A stretch of DNA of 64,000 bases from Candidatus Micrarchaeia archaeon (GCA_038874595.1 JAVZCB010000004.1:1-64000); one strand, 5' to 3'. Counted from the stretch's first letter, positions 28,733 to 38,767 are shown. Notes: generated by a model not told the origin, from the sequence alone. A program made the numbers and translations.

Positions 28733-29838
28733 TGAGGCACTTGGATTTTGTTTACAGGGAAATGGAGCCAATGCGCCAAGCTGTTGAGGAGATGGTGCAG
28801 CGCATAGAAGAGATTGCCAAATCACCTGATAAGGTGGTCGTGAAATATGACACTGATGGTGACGGGCTGAGCGGTGCGCTCATACTATACAGGATGTTTG
28901 AGAAGCTCGGGAAATCTGATGATGTCACTTTTGTGCAGAGTCCTTCCCCGGTCTACCTTATAGAGGATGCAATGCACGATGCCGAGATGTATGGCGGCGC
29001 ACATTTCATATTCGTGGATGGCCAGAATAATAACGACAGCGAGGATGGCCTGGCAATTCTCAGGAAATCTGCAAAGACAATCTCAATAATAGACCATCAT
29101 TTAAGCACCAGGAGCAAGGCGCCAGGTGAAATTGTTGTAACGCCTATGTGGTACGGGCTTGGGTATGAGTACACATCGGGGTTCTTGTGCTACGAGATTG
29201 CCAGGAGGGTATGCGACGCAGATTATGAGATATTATGGAAAAGCTCACTTTACTGTGATAAGAGCACACTTAACTTTGAGATAACCGGTGAGGTTGAAGA
29301 GGTTGGGTTGGTGCTTGATTATATGAGCACTATAATGGATCACGAGAAACACAGTATTCAGTTCATTGATGCGCTCATAAGGAATAAAGAGATGCGAAGG
29401 GTTGAATACCTGGCTGCAAAAGATGCTATAGAGACTGCAACGCGGCTGGCACTTAGCATTGCACGGGAAAGTGTGCTCCCGAACGGTGTGGTTGTCGTGC
29501 AGGTCGAGGTTGGTAGGATCGTTGAGCCCGGCGAGTTCCCACCGCGCGGCAAGGTTACCGGGCGAGTGCACGATGCATTCATTGAGAAAGAGGAGTATAG
29601 GGATAGGCCTGTTGTTACAATCGGGTACACATCTGATTCGATGATGGTGCGTGCAAACAGGAAGGCGCTTGAAAGAGGGTTTAACGGGAACAGTATTATA
29701 GAGGAGCTTAAGAAAGAGATGCAGGATACAATCATATCAGGTGGTGGGCATGCCGGGGCATCTGCAATGAAGTTTGCACGCGGGTTTGAAAAAATAATAA
29801 TGAGAGCGTTTATAAGCAGGATTACTGCATTGCACTGA
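28732..29838 (+). CDS. DHH-family phosphoesterase (RecJ-like)
   Basis: DTDGDG, IIDHH and GGGHAGA (DHHA1) motifs. Confidence 0.85.
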   Translation: MRHLDFVYREMEPMRQAVEEMVQRIEEIAKSPDKVVVKYDTDGDGLSGALILYRMFEKLGKSDDVTFVQSPSPVYLIEDAMHDAEMYGGAHFIFVDGQNNNDSEDGLAILRKSAKTISIIDHHLSTRSKAPGEIVVTPMWYGLGYEYTSGFLCYEIARRVCDADYEILWKSSLYCDKSTLNFEITGEVEEVGLVLDYMSTIMDHEKHSIQFIDALIRNKEMRRVEYLAAKDAIETATRLALSIARESVLPNGVVVVQVEVGRIVEPGEFPPRGKVTGRVHDAFIEKEEYRDRPVVTIGYTSDSMMVRANRKALERGFNGNSIIEELKKEMQDTIISGGGHAGASAMKFARGFEKIIMRAFISRITALH

Positions 29839-29903
29839 CAGTGATTTGCTTAAATTATTTTAGGATAACTCTTACGTATAGGTTATAGACAGGTGTATAT
29901 AAT

Positions 29904-31160
29904 ATGAAGCTTACATTGCTTGGTGGTGCAGCAGAGGTCGGGAGGAGCGCTGTGCTTATTGAGACTGAGAATAAAAGGTTCCTAATGGATTATGGGATTA
30001 AAGTGGAAGAGTTTGGCCCGGCAGAGCTGCCGCTCGTGCCGCACAGGAGTGTCCAGGAGGTTGTAATATCGCACGCGCACCTGGACCATATCGGCTTCCT
30101 TCCGATGGTTTACGAGAAGAGCATCGTGCCCTGGCACGCTACACCTCCAACGCAAGCGCTTGCTGAGCTTCTCATCCAGGATGCAATGAAAGTGAATAAG
30201 CTTAATGGGTTTGAGAACCCATACACTGTTGAGAGCTTTAAGAGGGCAATGGAAAACTTCAACCCGGTTGAGTATGAAGAAACAATACAAATGAGGTGCG
30301 GGCCAAAACTGACATTGCACGATGCTGGCCATATACTTGGTGCCGCAATATGTGAGTTTAAGATTGAGGGTAAGAAGGTTGTTTATACCGGTGATTTCAA
30401 CCTCAGCGAGACAAGGATGCATAACGGTGCATCATTTGCAGAAGATATTGATATACTCATAACTGAAAGCACCTACTCCGCAAAAGAGCATCCTGACAGG
30501 GAAAACGAGGAGAAGAAGCTAGTTAAGAATGTCAAATGGGCGCTTGACAGGGGAGGGTCTGCACTTGTGCCGGTGTTTGGTGTTGGGAGGGCACAGGAAG
30601 TGCTGCTCATACTACACGAGAGCTTCCCAGATACGCCGATTATGCTCGAAGGGATGGCCATAAAGGCCACTGATATTTACCTGAGATATCCTGAATATAT
30701 CAAGAACCCGAAAGGTCTGCACGATGCTATGCATGATGCAATAATTGTAAAAAAGCCGCCGCAGAGGAGAAGGGCCACAAAAGGCGGTGCAATTGTTGTT
30801 TCACCTGCGGGGATGCTGAACGGTGGGAATGCGTTATGGTACCTTGACAACCTGCCTGAGAACTCATCTGTTACGCTTACAGGATATTGTGCTGAGGGGA
30901 CAAACGGTTGGATGCTGCTCAATAAAGGTGCTATACTTGACCAGGGAAAAGAGAAGAAGCTCAATTATCACGTTGAGCAGGTTGACCTGAGCGCACACGC
31001 CGGCAGGAAAGACCTCTGGGACCTGATTAAGAGGACATCACCTGAGCTTATAGTTGCAATGCACGGTGATAACTGCTTCCAGTTTGTGGATGAGCTTGAG
31101 CTTGAGGGATTTTCAGCGATAGCGCCGCGTATAGGCGAGACCATCCCTGTAAAGATATAA
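29904..31160 (+). CDS. Metallo-beta-lactamase beta-CASP ribonuclease (aCPSF2-like)
   Basis: EVGRS, SHAHLDH, AGHILG, YTGD, ESTY, GRAQE, SAHA; no N-terminal KH domains. Confidence 0.9.
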   Translation: MKLTLLGGAAEVGRSAVLIETENKRFLMDYGIKVEEFGPAELPLVPHRSVQEVVISHAHLDHIGFLPMVYEKSIVPWHATPPTQALAELLIQDAMKVNKLNGFENPYTVESFKRAMENFNPVEYEETIQMRCGPKLTLHDAGHILGAAICEFKIEGKKVVYTGDFNLSETRMHNGASFAEDIDILITESTYSAKEHPDRENEEKKLVKNVKWALDRGGSALVPVFGVGRAQEVLLILHESFPDTPIMLEGMAIKATDIYLRYPEYIKNPKGLHDAMHDAIIVKKPPQRRRATKGGAIVVSPAGMLNGGNALWYLDNLPENSSVTLTGYCAEGTNGWMLLNKGAILDQGKEKKLNYHVEQVDLSAHAGRKDLWDLIKRTSPELIVAMHGDNCFQFVDELELEGFSAIAPRIGETIPVKI

Positions 31161-31216
31161 AATAGAGACAACGCGGTAAACCAAAACACGGCAAATAAAA
31201 ACCGAAAAATCTACAA

Positions 31217-31627
31217 CTATAATTCGTTGAATGCGTAGGTGCGTATCACTTCATCTTGTGAATGCGAAAGTTTTCTCAGGATTTTGCGTACCACTTCCTT
31301 TGACTCTTCAGTCTCCTCTGCGATTTTCTTTAGTTCTGCTATTGTCTGCTCGGGATTCTTGGAAGCCGCCTTACATATATCCGCATATTCGCTTGAAAGG
31401 AAAACCTCCATATCACCCTTTCCTTTAAGCGCGTGCACAAGCATACGAATATGCTGGGTATCGGGCTCTTTGACACGGAATATTTCCATATCCCCGTAAA
31501 ACATCTTATTGCTTATGCTACCCTCGCTAAGGTCAGTGTAAACAGACACTTTCCTGCGGCCTGCCCTGAAAATATTACCTATTATAGGTATGCCTTCAAA
31601 GACATTCCGTTTCCCCACTTTAACCAC
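31217..31627 (-). CDS. Hypothetical protein
   Basis: 136-aa ORF filling the gap, GGTG RBS upstream; no recognised family. Confidence 0.55.
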   Translation of the reverse strand: MVKVGKRNVFEGIPIIGNIFRAGRRKVSVYTDLSEGSISNKMFYGDMEIFRVKEPDTQHIRMLVHALKGKGDMEVFLSSEYADICKAASKNPEQTIAELKKIAEETEESKEVVRKILRKLSHSQDEVIRTYAFNEL

Positions 31628-31697
31628 ACACCTGCCTTTTTTTAAAAAAAGCGAACTATTTAAACCTTATTCCCATTATAAGAAAAGAGGTGGGAAA

Positions 31698-32207
31698 ATG
31701 ATTCCAAGGAGAAGAAAGGGCTGGCCGTTTGACTGGGATGATGATTTTGATAAGATTTTTGAAAGCATGGAAGAGATGATGCGTGACCTAACCGAGCGTG
31801 TTGAAAAAGGCGAGATAAAACAAAGCGGGCCTTTTGTGTATGGGTTTTCGATGCGTGTTGGGCCTGACGGGAAGATTATCGTTGATGAATTTGGCAATAA
31901 GGGAAGAGAGGGTGAGATTACAGATGAGAGAGAACCCGTCACGGATGTGATAAATGATAAGAAGGAGGTTGTGGTAATCTGTGAGATACCTGGCGTGAAC
32001 AAGGAGGATATACGCCTTACGGTAAACGAGCAGAGCATGAACATAAAGGTTGATACTGCTGAGAGGAAATATAACAAGACACTCAAGCTTCCTGCAAAGG
32101 TAGATCCAAAGAGCGCATCTGCAACATACAAGAACGGTGTGCTTGAGGTAAGACTGAAAAAGATAGGTGAGCAGGAAGAAAGCGGGTATGATGTTAAGAT
32201 ACATTAG
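31698..32207 (+). CDS. hsp20: Archaeal small heat-shock protein Hsp20
   Basis: GPFVYGFSM.VGPDG...EFGN, REP..DV, EIPGV.KEDI, YKNGVLEV; GAGGTG RBS before ATG 31698. Confidence 0.92.
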   Translation: MIPRRRKGWPFDWDDDFDKIFESMEEMMRDLTERVEKGEIKQSGPFVYGFSMRVGPDGKIIVDEFGNKGREGEITDEREPVTDVINDKKEVVVICEIPGVNKEDIRLTVNEQSMNIKVDTAERKYNKTLKLPAKVDPKSASATYKNGVLEVRLKKIGEQEESGYDVKIH

Positions 32208-32280
32208 CCTAGAAGCAAATTCTTGCTAATAGGTATGTTTTTAAATATTTAATATGAAATAAACCCGAGGTGGAATACTT

Positions 32281-32598
32281 ATGAATAAGTATGGATACTT
32301 TGCATTGATTGCTTTGCTGCTCGCAATCAATGTGGCATTTGCTCAAACAAACACTGCGTTGAGCACGCAGCTTGAGAATATAAAGAACAGCCTTAAAACC
32401 ATACTGCCTATCGTTGCAATCGTTATGATTGTGCTTGCGGGCGTGGTATACGCTGCAGGGCAGGTAATGGGAGCTGAGATGAGGTCCAGGGCAAGTGTGT
32501 GGGCCACATCACTGCTTGTCGGTGCTATCATCGGATTGATACTCGCTGCAAGCGCTGAGGCTATCGTTGGCCTGTTCAGCAGCGCATCACTGTTCTAA
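32281..32598 (+). CDS. TrbC/VirB2-like pilin, copy 1
   Basis: Signal peptide ending VAFA, then two hydrophobic helices separated by a short basic loop (GAEMRSRASVW). Confidence 0.75.
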   Translation: MNKYGYFALIALLLAINVAFAQTNTALSTQLENIKNSLKTILPIVAIVMIVLAGVVYAAGQVMGAEMRSRASVWATSLLVGAIIGLILAASAEAIVGLFSSASLF

Positions 32599-32695
32599 AA
32601 AACTAAAATCTCTTTTTTACATTTTTGTTTATTTGCAATCCTCTATGTTAATATTTAAAACTTCGCACCAAATATTTCTTTGAGGTGGAATACTT

Positions 32696-33010
32696 ATGAA
32701 TAAGTATGGATACTTTGCGCTGGTCGCATTGCTACTTGCAATCAACGTAGCATTTGCTGCTAACACACAATTGATCTCACAGCTTGAAGGCATAAAAAAC
32801 AGCCTTAAAACCATACTGCCTATCGTTGCAATCGTTATGATTGTGCTTGCAGGCGTGGTATACGCTGCAGGGCAGGTAATGGGAGCTGAGATGAGGTCCA
32901 GGGCAAGTGTGTGGGCCACATCACTGCTTGTCGGTGCTATCATCGGATTGATACTCGCTGCAAGCGCTGAGGCTATAGTAGGTCTGTTTAGCAGTGCATC
33001 ACTATTCTAG
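32696..33010 (+). CDS. TrbC/VirB2-like pilin, copy 2
   Basis: Identical to copy 1 from IKNSL to the C-terminus; differs by one residue in the signal peptide and in the mature N-terminus. Confidence 0.75.
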   Translation: MNKYGYFALVALLLAINVAFAANTQLISQLEGIKNSLKTILPIVAIVMIVLAGVVYAAGQVMGAEMRSRASVWATSLLVGAIIGLILAASAEAIVGLFSSASLF

Positions 33011-33042
33011 GCACTTTTCCTTTTTTTTATTAATTCTGTTTT

Positions 33043-34575
33043 ATGTGTGGTCAGATGAGATGGGGGTACTGGCCAGCTCTTTATTCCGTAATACTTCTTG
33101 TTTCCTTTGTAATAAGCGCATCACAACCGTTAGTCGGTGATGAAGAGCAATACGCAATTGCAATAAAAGATGTCCAGCACTATGGGATACAGCCGTATGC
33201 AACTTATTTTGGAGAGCCGATGTTCTGGAAGCCCCCACTTTCATTTGCAATCTATGGTATAATCACAGCGCCAATTATAGGGGTCTTCCCGGAAACCGTC
33301 GCACTCCGCATCCCTTCCCTTTTGTTTGTGATTTTAGGGGTTGTTGCGTATTACCTACTGGTAAAGGATGACCTGGGAGAGGAAAAAACAAAATATGCGG
33401 TTCTGATTCTCTTAGTATCCTTGCCTGTTTTTTGGTTTGGTACCAGGATATTGACAGATATACCCGCCTTCGCCTTTACGATTATTATGTTATATGCACT
33501 AAAGAGGTATGCTGCTAAATGGAATGCTGGATTTCTGGGGTTATATGCAATCTCATTAGTCATTATTGGGCTTACAAAATCAGCCGCAATTTCTGTGCTT
33601 GCATTCTTACTTAGCGTGGTATATCTTTGGACATCTGGTATAAAAGAGCATAGTAAAATGCTAATAGCCGTTCTTGTGGGAGCTATCACAGCAGGTTTTA
33701 TTTTTTTTGGATATCCTCTTCTTCTGCAGGGATACGGTGAGGATGCATACAACAGCGGATTATTCGATTTAATAAGGATAGTCACACCTTTCCTCGATGT
33801 CATAATTTATAGGAACCTGCCAATTTATGTTTTCTTAATGCTCCCGCTGGGTGTGGTTGCAGTATTTTTTGCCATAAAAAACGCAATAAAAAGCAGGTCA
33901 ATCTTATTCTACGAGATATGGGCACTTTCATCACTTGCAGCTGTGATTAGTGCATGGGGATTCCTGCCGTGGTATCTGCTGTTCTTTGCACCCGCGTTTG
34001 CATATGTGGTTGCAAGAAATATTGAGGATAATATCATTGATAAGGCAACTATTATCTTCTTGGTACTGATATCGCTTGCATTGCATTGGGGGGTATCCCT
34101 AGCATTTTTTGGAGTGAGACAGGACTCCAAAGAGATAATGGATTATATTAAGTATATTGGCGATGAGAAAGTCATGCTCATAACACAACTCTCTGACGGA
34201 ACGGTGAATGCAGTATATGACTTGCCATATAAAGTGATTGTTACACCTGAAATAGGGATGGGTCGGCTAGACGCAAAAACTCGCAACATAACGTTCTGGG
34301 GAGTGAAGGAAAACACCACTGTTCCCAACAATATGCGCGGGCTTATCTATGATTATGATAATGAATCACTGCTTCCAAAGTTCATAGATAAGCTGAATAA
34401 AAAAGATTTGTATGTGCCGCCGGTTGCAAGAACAAGAAAATACTGGGATGGGGGGTTTGATGTAATTATCGCAAGAAAAGATTATGCTGATTCAATAAAG
34501 AAAGTTGCACCAGAGTATAAGGTTGTTTACACAACATCAAACAATGTTTATTATGTTTTCAAAAAGGAAAGTTAG
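33043..34575 (+). CDS. GT-C fold glycosyltransferase (ArnT/PMT-like), paralog 1
   Basis: GDEEQYA...FWKPPL...RIPS; many TM helices; soluble C-terminal domain. Confidence 0.8.
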   Translation: MCGQMRWGYWPALYSVILLVSFVISASQPLVGDEEQYAIAIKDVQHYGIQPYATYFGEPMFWKPPLSFAIYGIITAPIIGVFPETVALRIPSLLFVILGVVAYYLLVKDDLGEEKTKYAVLILLVSLPVFWFGTRILTDIPAFAFTIIMLYALKRYAAKWNAGFLGLYAISLVIIGLTKSAAISVLAFLLSVVYLWTSGIKEHSKMLIAVLVGAITAGFIFFGYPLLLQGYGEDAYNSGLFDLIRIVTPFLDVIIYRNLPIYVFLMLPLGVVAVFFAIKNAIKSRSILFYEIWALSSLAAVISAWGFLPWYLLFFAPAFAYVVARNIEDNIIDKATIIFLVLISLALHWGVSLAFFGVRQDSKEIMDYIKYIGDEKVMLITQLSDGTVNAVYDLPYKVIVTPEIGMGRLDAKTRNITFWGVKENTTVPNNMRGLIYDYDNESLLPKFIDKLNKKDLYVPPVARTRKYWDGGFDVIIARKDYADSIKKVAPEYKVVYTTSNNVYYVFKKES

Positions 34576-34580
34576 GGGAG

Positions 34581-36092
34581 ATGTTGAAAATGACTCCTAT
34601 AAAAAACATGGTGCTGTTTTTAATTGCGTTTGCATTGTACTTATTGATTGTATTATCATCTAATTACTGGTTTATAGGTGATGAAGGGTTTTATGCAATA
34701 AGCATTTTTGAAGCTATAAAAAACGGGCCGCAGCTTTACATAACATTCCTTGGCACACCGGTCTTCTGGAAGCCATTTCTGATGATAGATGTTTATGCAA
34801 TGCTGGTGCAGCCACTTGCAAGCGTGCTGCCTCCTTATACTGCATACAGAATTCCCTCAGCGCTCTTCTCTGCCATCAATGTTGTGCTTGTATATCACAT
34901 AAGCAAAGAGTTCTTCGAAGAGAAAAAAGCGCTTATGATATCCGCGCTGTATGCACTCAACCCACTGATACTTTTGTTTGGGACAAAGGTGTTTATGGAA
35001 TCTCTCACGATGTCTTTTGTGTTTTTTGGGCTTCTTGCAACAACTCATATATGCAAAAAAGATAGCAAGCTGGATTGGGTTTCGGCTTTTCTTGGGATAG
35101 CACTTGCCATCACTGGCGCATCTTTCTCAAAATCAACAACAATCGGGCTTATGGCGTTCCTGATTTATGGTATGTACGCGTTCCTGGCGAACAGGAAAAA
35201 AATATGGGTTATTGCGCTTGCAGGCGTTGTCTCAGCTGCGGTAGTTTTTATAGTTCCGTTCCTTACAAAATTTCCTGATGCATTCTTCAAGCTTTATATG
35301 GAGGACTTCTTTACAAGAAGGATTGATTTTGAAACCTACCCGGAAAACATAATCTCGATGGCAGCATTGTCATCCTATCTTATACCATTGCTTTTTGTAA
35401 GTATACTTGGAATACGTAAGCTGGATTCCAAAGAACTATTTCTTGTGCTGTGGGTATTGCCCCTTCCTGTGATTATGCTAATGACTCCATACGTATGGTA
35501 CGGTTATTACTTTGTTCTTCCGCTTGTTGCAATCTCATTGATGGGCATTTCTCCCAGCAACAAAATTGATATGGCTATTGTAATCGCGATGCTAGTGCTT
35601 GGACTTTTGATATATGCTGGTGCCGAGGCATCGCACAGCCAAATAAGTGAGCTCAAGACGATTGAGTATATGGAAAAGCACATTGAAAGGGAACAATGTA
35701 TTTTGTATGTTGGTGCATTAAGCCCAATGACTATTGCATACCTTGAAGTGAGCGGCCACAACTTTAATGCAATCATAAACAATGCTGCAATTGATAAAAA
35801 GGCCAACGGCACGAGCACTATCATTCTTGATGCAAACCTAACACAGGAACAATTGCAAGTTGCTGTTTATGATTATATGAATGTGAGGTTTGCCGAGGAT
35901 ATTTCAAATAGAAAATACCTGTTTGCGCAGTGGAAAGGCCCTGGGAGCAATTTAAGGCTCAAGAGCATCAATAAAAAATGCTCCGATTTTGAATATGTGA
36001 TTGTGACTGATTATTATAAGAGATTGACAATTAATGGATATCAGCTTGTAAGTGATGAGGATCAGATGCGCGTATGGAAAAGGCAAAAATAA
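34581..36092 (+). CDS. GT-C fold glycosyltransferase (ArnT/PMT-like), paralog 2
   Basis: GDEGFYA...FWKPFL...RIPS; same architecture as the upstream paralog. Confidence 0.8.
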   Translation: MLKMTPIKNMVLFLIAFALYLLIVLSSNYWFIGDEGFYAISIFEAIKNGPQLYITFLGTPVFWKPFLMIDVYAMLVQPLASVLPPYTAYRIPSALFSAINVVLVYHISKEFFEEKKALMISALYALNPLILLFGTKVFMESLTMSFVFFGLLATTHICKKDSKLDWVSAFLGIALAITGASFSKSTTIGLMAFLIYGMYAFLANRKKIWVIALAGVVSAAVVFIVPFLTKFPDAFFKLYMEDFFTRRIDFETYPENIISMAALSSYLIPLLFVSILGIRKLDSKELFLVLWVLPLPVIMLMTPYVWYGYYFVLPLVAISLMGISPSNKIDMAIVIAMLVLGLLIYAGAEASHSQISELKTIEYMEKHIEREQCILYVGALSPMTIAYLEVSGHNFNAIINNAAIDKKANGTSTIILDANLTQEQLQVAVYDYMNVRFAEDISNRKYLFAQWKGPGSNLRLKSINKKCSDFEYVIVTDYYKRLTINGYQLVSDEDQMRVWKRQK

Positions 36093-36142
36093 TTCATCAT
36101 TAGCAAAAACAACCGATTAATTATAGCACACCTTAATGCCAG

Positions 36143-36835
36143 CTAACTTTTGCTTTTAAGCTTGCCAATTAAGAGCATAGCCACCTGCTTGAGAAACTCT
36201 GCCCTGGTTTTCAGGTCAAGCTTGCTGCTGCCTTTTTTGCGCATATGAAATACTATTGGAATTTCCTTCACCTTTGCAAACCGACCTCTCGCCAATATTT
36301 CAAGCAAAATCTTATAACCCACTGGATTGAGCCTTGGGACAAGGGATAGGAATTTCCTGCGTTCCAGCATAAAAAAGCCGCTTAGCGGGTCGTACGCTTT
36401 CATGCCAAGCACATCCCTGCATAGAAAGGTCCCAACCTTTGAATCGAGGCGCTGCTGGTTACGGAGGTTCTTCACAAACCGCGAGCCAATCACTATTGAG
36501 TTTGGGGTGCGCACTATATAGTTATACATTTCAGGCAGGTATTTCGGGTCGTGCTGAAGGTCACCATCCATAACACACACATACTTTCCTCTTGAGTGTT
36601 TCAGGCCGGTTATAACCGCACTTGAAAGCCCCATCTTTTTTCCGCGCTCAATTAGCCTTATCTTTTTATTTTTCTTTTGCAAGGCGCGCACGAGCGCTTC
36701 CGTGCCGTCTTCTGAGCCGTCATCTATGAATATCACTTCATAATCAATATTTTTGAGCGACGAACCTATCCTGGAGATAAGAACCGGGATATTGCCGGCT
36801 TCATTGTAAACTGGGATTATCACTGAAAGGTCCAC
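36143..36835 (-). CDS. Polyprenol-phosphate mannose synthase-like GT2 (DPM1 family)
   Basis: SVIIPVYNE, IDDGSEDGT, GLSSA, MDGDLQHDP, GSRF, DPLSGFF, GYKILLE. Confidence 0.88.
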   Translation of the reverse strand: MDLSVIIPVYNEAGNIPVLISRIGSSLKNIDYEVIFIDDGSEDGTEALVRALQKKNKKIRLIERGKKMGLSSAVITGLKHSRGKYVCVMDGDLQHDPKYLPEMYNYIVRTPNSIVIGSRFVKNLRNQQRLDSKVGTFLCRDVLGMKAYDPLSGFFMLERRKFLSLVPRLNPVGYKILLEILARGRFAKVKEIPIVFHMRKKGSSKLDLKTRAEFLKQVAMLLIGKLKSKS

Positions 36836-36886
36836 GGGATAATAAATGAGTAAATCTTTATATAAAAACGGCGCATATATACGGTT

Positions 36887-38011
36887 ATGGGAAGGATAAG
36901 CATACTTATAGCTTTGCTTATGTTGGGCAGTATGGCGCTTTCATTTGCGTGGACCGAATATACAAGCGCTACTGTGGCCAAGCTTGTGCTTCTGGAATCA
37001 TATCCGGAGTGTGCAGCACAGATTGAGGAGGGTGCGATACTCCCTTACAAAGAAGAGCAGGTTGACCCGGTGCTTAAGGAGCCTGTTAATTTCCATTGTG
37101 ATACACTCACGTGCCCTGCGTTTGACCCTAAATACTGCCAGACAAGCGTGAAGACTTGCCAGAGCGAAACGATGGCTGGCAAGATGAAAAATTATGCCAA
37201 GAAAGCGTGCAACTGTGAGCAGGCAAAGCTGCTTGCACAGGCAATCACTTATTACATTGCAAAGTACAACCCGATGAATCTTATGGTGAATGAGGAATGC
37301 CGTGATGAATTCAACAATGAGCTAGAGAAGGCTATCAGGAGCGGGCAGCCGCAGTGGGAGGTAAGGTTCCAGTGCAATGCACCAAACAGAGAGTTTGTGT
37401 TCACATCACAGAGGTATAATGAAATGCTCTATAACGCGAGGACGTTTGCGTTTGCAGAAGCATATTCCGGCTCACAACCGTGGTTCTGCTACACGCTTGG
37501 CAAGCCGGGGAATGGGGCAGGCAGCGGGCTGAAAAATACCGGTGCGCTCTGCGCAAAAAACTCTGAGTGCAAGAGCGGGCGCTGCAGCAATAATGTATGC
37601 TGTGATGCGGACATTTGCTGCCCGGTGCCTGGTGTTAAAGGGTACCCGTGCGGCCAAGGTGAAAAATGCAGCAGTGATTACACGTGTGTGCCTGTGAACG
37701 CCAGGAACGGTGAAAAGTGCGATTATAATGAGGAATGCCAGAGCGGAAACTGCAGGCCTGGAAGCGGTGCAAGCGTATCAACCAGATACTGCTGCGGTGC
37801 CGGGAACGAGTTCTGCTGTGCATCAAACTCAGACTGTGCAAGCGGGCACGAGTGTAAAAATTATGCGTGTGTTGCAAAGCCGTTTGTGCCGCAATCAAAC
37901 AATACCCCTGGGGAGGAAGAGCAGAAATCACAGGGGTGCCTGCCCATTGCAGTGCTTCTTGCTGTTGTCGGCGGCCTGTTTATTTATGACCGCGGGCTTG
38001 GGCGCAGATGA
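36887..38011 (+). CDS. Secreted Cys-rich surface protein with C-terminal TM anchor
   Basis: Signal peptide; repeated Cx5CxSGxC modules; GCLPIAVLLAVVGG.. TM followed by a basic tail. Confidence 0.8.
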   Translation: MGRISILIALLMLGSMALSFAWTEYTSATVAKLVLLESYPECAAQIEEGAILPYKEEQVDPVLKEPVNFHCDTLTCPAFDPKYCQTSVKTCQSETMAGKMKNYAKKACNCEQAKLLAQAITYYIAKYNPMNLMVNEECRDEFNNELEKAIRSGQPQWEVRFQCNAPNREFVFTSQRYNEMLYNARTFAFAEAYSGSQPWFCYTLGKPGNGAGSGLKNTGALCAKNSECKSGRCSNNVCCDADICCPVPGVKGYPCGQGEKCSSDYTCVPVNARNGEKCDYNEECQSGNCRPGSGASVSTRYCCGAGNEFCCASNSDCASGHECKNYACVAKPFVPQSNNTPGEEEQKSQGCLPIAVLLAVVGGLFIYDRGLGRR

Positions 38012-38017
38012 GCTCCT

Positions 38018-38767
38018 ATGGACTTAAACAAGTTTAGTATTATTTTCTCTTCTTCTGATATTGCCGGAAGGAATATTGCAAGAATGATAGCTGAAGCCGG
38101 ATATGGACAGGCACTTTGCGAACTCCCTGAAAACATTCTATACAAAAAATTTGATGATAACAGCGGTCCTTACATTGTATTGAGCCGCCATAGTAGTGAG
38201 AAAAAGATACGAGCAATAACGTGCCATTTCACGGGAAATTGGAGTGGTGAGGCAAAGTATGGCGGCAATCCGCGTGATGTTTGTATTGCAATGCCTTCCG
38301 TGATGAAGGGGGTTGCACAGTATATCTCAGGCAAAATAAACACACTTACTGGATATGTGTTTACACTTGAGGTGACACATCACGGTCCGACCGGGAATTT
38401 TCCAATGATGTTCGTTGAGATTGGGAGTTGTGAGGAGGATTGGGGGAATACACAGGCAGCTGGCATAATTGCAGATGCACTCCTTAACGCAAAAGAATCA
38501 GAGGATGGTGAAGTTGTGATAGGGGTAGGAGGGCCGCATTACGCACCTGATTTCACAAGGCTGCTTGATAAGTACAGGATTGCGCACATAATACCACAGT
38601 ATGCCGTTGACGGCCTTGCCCTGGAGACGTTCAGGATGGGTATTGAAAGGAGCACTGAGCGTGTTGAGAAAGTGCTTATTGCGTGGAAAGGCTTGACAGC
38701 GGCACAGCGTGAAAAGATTATTGGATTTTGTAATGAATGCGATATAGGATACATAAAATACAAATAA
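38018..38767 (+). CDS. dtdA: D-aminoacyl-tRNA deacylase (archaeal DTD2)
   Basis: SRHSS, TCHFTGN, EVTHHGPT, FVEIGS, GGPHYAP. Confidence 0.92.
   Translation: MDLNKFSIIFSSSDIAGRNIARMIAEAGYGQALCELPENILYKKFDDNSGPYIVLSRHSSEKKIRAITCHFTGNWSGEAKYGGNPRDVCIAMPSVMKGVAQYISGKINTLTGYVFTLEVTHHGPTGNFPMMFVEIGSCEEDWGNTQAAGIIADALLNAKESEDGEVVIGVGGPHYAPDFTRLLDKYRIAHIIPQYAVDGLALETFRMGIERSTERVEKVLIAWKGLTAAQREKIIGFCNECDIGYIKYK

Larger units (their letters stand above)
32267..33010 (+). repeat. Tandem gene duplication of the pilin including its RBS
   Basis: 37 identical nt from GAGGTGGAATACTT into the ORF (32267 vs 32682); 179-nt tract 32386-32564 vs 32798-32976 with one mismatch. Confidence 0.95.

Noticed and set aside
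32281-33010. Type IV pilins or archaellins
   Set aside because: No class III signal peptide; a standard signal peptide followed by two hydrophobic helices fits VirB2/TrbC-type pilins.
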